Position numbers and translations under genes: made by a program. Source: Candidatus Undinarchaeota archaeon (lineage in GTDB: Archaea; SpSt-1190). From it: 16,796 nt of DNA. The stretch lies in assembly GCA_964449215.1 (NCBI GenBank), contig CAYVAH010000003.1, positions 32,678 through 49,473 of the forward strand. The letters run 5' to 3'. This document shows positions 15,836-16,796 of this stretch, piece by piece; the stretch's first letter is position 1, and every line of letters begins with the position of its first letter. The notes under the pieces are model-generated. The model was not told the DNA's origin. It saw nothing but the letters and a program-made list of their open reading frames with translations, and did no database searches.

Positions 15836-16084
15836 AACAACCTCTGAGCCGATGGCCTGACCGGGCATGCCCTTCTCGAACCGCACCCTGATGGCACCTT
15901 TGTTCCCGTGGGTCCCGGTGACCTTTCCCGCAATCTCCTTGCCCGTCGGGGTCTTCCACACCACCTTCCTACCCACAAGCTCCTCTGCCTGCCCCCGAGT
16001 AGCAACGCCCTCAACCTTAACAATCATCTGATATGGATTCTGGGTATGCCTCCCCTGCCGGTAATTGACTATTCTTCCTTTCAT
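15827..16084 (-). CDS. rpl35ae: 50S ribosomal protein L35Ae
   Basis: NYRQGRHTQNP, GRKVVWKTPTGK.I.GKV.GTHGNKGAIRVRFEKGMPGQAIG. Confidence 0.97.
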   Translation of the reverse strand: MKGRIVNYRQGRHTQNPYQMIVKVEGVATRGQAEELVGRKVVWKTPTGKEIAGKVTGTHGNKGAIRVRFEKGMPGQAIGSEVVLQ

Positions 16085-16115
16085 GCCCCTTGTTCCCAGG
16101 GAACCATTAAAAAAC

Positions 16116-16742
16116 TTACATTTCAGCCACCCGGCGCTTCACATCATCAGCTATGTCCTCATCCAGAATCACCGTGGCTTTTTTCACATTCTTCAGGAGG
16201 TCCGAAAGCTCCTCCACAAGGACCTTGTTCGCCTCATTCACAAGAGCGAGAACATCCCTCTGGTCGCCGGGGATGAGGTTCACCACAAATGCCACTGCAC
16301 GGAGGAAGAGCTTGCGGAAGAAGACCCTCCAGGGACACCAGAAAAAAAGCGCATCAAATGCGACATAGAAATGGCGCGGGTAGCCGGAACCGGAAAGAAA
16401 CCACAGTCTGGCCTCCTGGAAAATCCTTTGGGCATCCTCCCCAAGGTTCAGCCTCTTCCCCGCCTTTGCCAGCACCCTGTCAATATCAGGTTCTATTAAC
16501 TTCACAGGCTTCTTGAAATTCCTACAAAGAAGGACAACCCGGACCCAGGGAATCTGCTCCGGGCGCTCGTATCCCGTCCTCTTCGAGACCTCCTCGAGAA
16601 AGGCTTCCTCAGGGAGGAGACCATCGAGGAACTCCTCCACAAATGGCTGGTATTTTATTGGTGCCTGAATGAAGAGCTTCCCCTTCACTTTCTCAATCCC
16701 ACGGATGTCCGGACGGACCCTGCTGAACGGGACAAGCTCCAC
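16116..16742 (-). CDS. Hypothetical protein (208 aa)
   Basis: Long ORF filling the space, with host-like codon usage, GTG start and a TTAAAT TATA-like box about 25 nt upstream; no family recognised. Confidence 0.7.
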   Translation of the reverse strand: MELVPFSRVRPDIRGIEKVKGKLFIQAPIKYQPFVEEFLDGLLPEEAFLEEVSKRTGYERPEQIPWVRVVLLCRNFKKPVKLIEPDIDRVLAKAGKRLNLGEDAQRIFQEARLWFLSGSGYPRHFYVAFDALFFWCPWRVFFRKLFLRAVAFVVNLIPGDQRDVLALVNEANKVLVEELSDLLKNVKKATVILDEDIADDVKRRVAEM

Positions 16743-16796
16743 GAAATACTCAAAGAAGCCACAATTTAAGAGGTGATTACAACTCCAGGGTATTAC

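Noticed and set aside
1..16796. CRISPR array, tRNA genes, transposase/integrase or DGR
   Set aside because: I saw no regularly spaced repeats, T-loop cloverleafs, recombinase or reverse transcriptase ORFs, or TR/VR repeat pairs.

Overview
Archaeal chromosomal window with very compact gene packing, many overlapping gene ends and apparently leaderless promoters. A small-genome or DPANN-like host is my inference only. Housekeeping genes: MFS transporter, stand-alone archaeal ThrRS editing domain, trmI, PRC-barrel (CdpB-like) protein, degenerate NDP-sugar pyrophosphorylase homolog, secF-secD, RecJ/GAN-type DHH nuclease, GGPP synthase, archaeosortase, short DUF460, DUF72, isopentenyl phosphate kinase and rpl35ae. 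There is a clear type-M-like RNase P RNA (12842-13096, minus). Accessory-looking genes are an orphan AbiEii/MenT-like nucleotidyltransferase, a tandem pair of paralogous HExxH metalloproteases (the first broken by two +1 frameshifts) and an AT-rich NYN nuclease just downstream of rnpB. The most unexplained signal is a GC-rich, TATA-preceded, highly structured non-coding segment (5691-5837, probably minus strand). It has a possible kissing loop and duplicated 9-mers, is followed by a 13-bp inverted repeat, and matches no RNA family I recognise.
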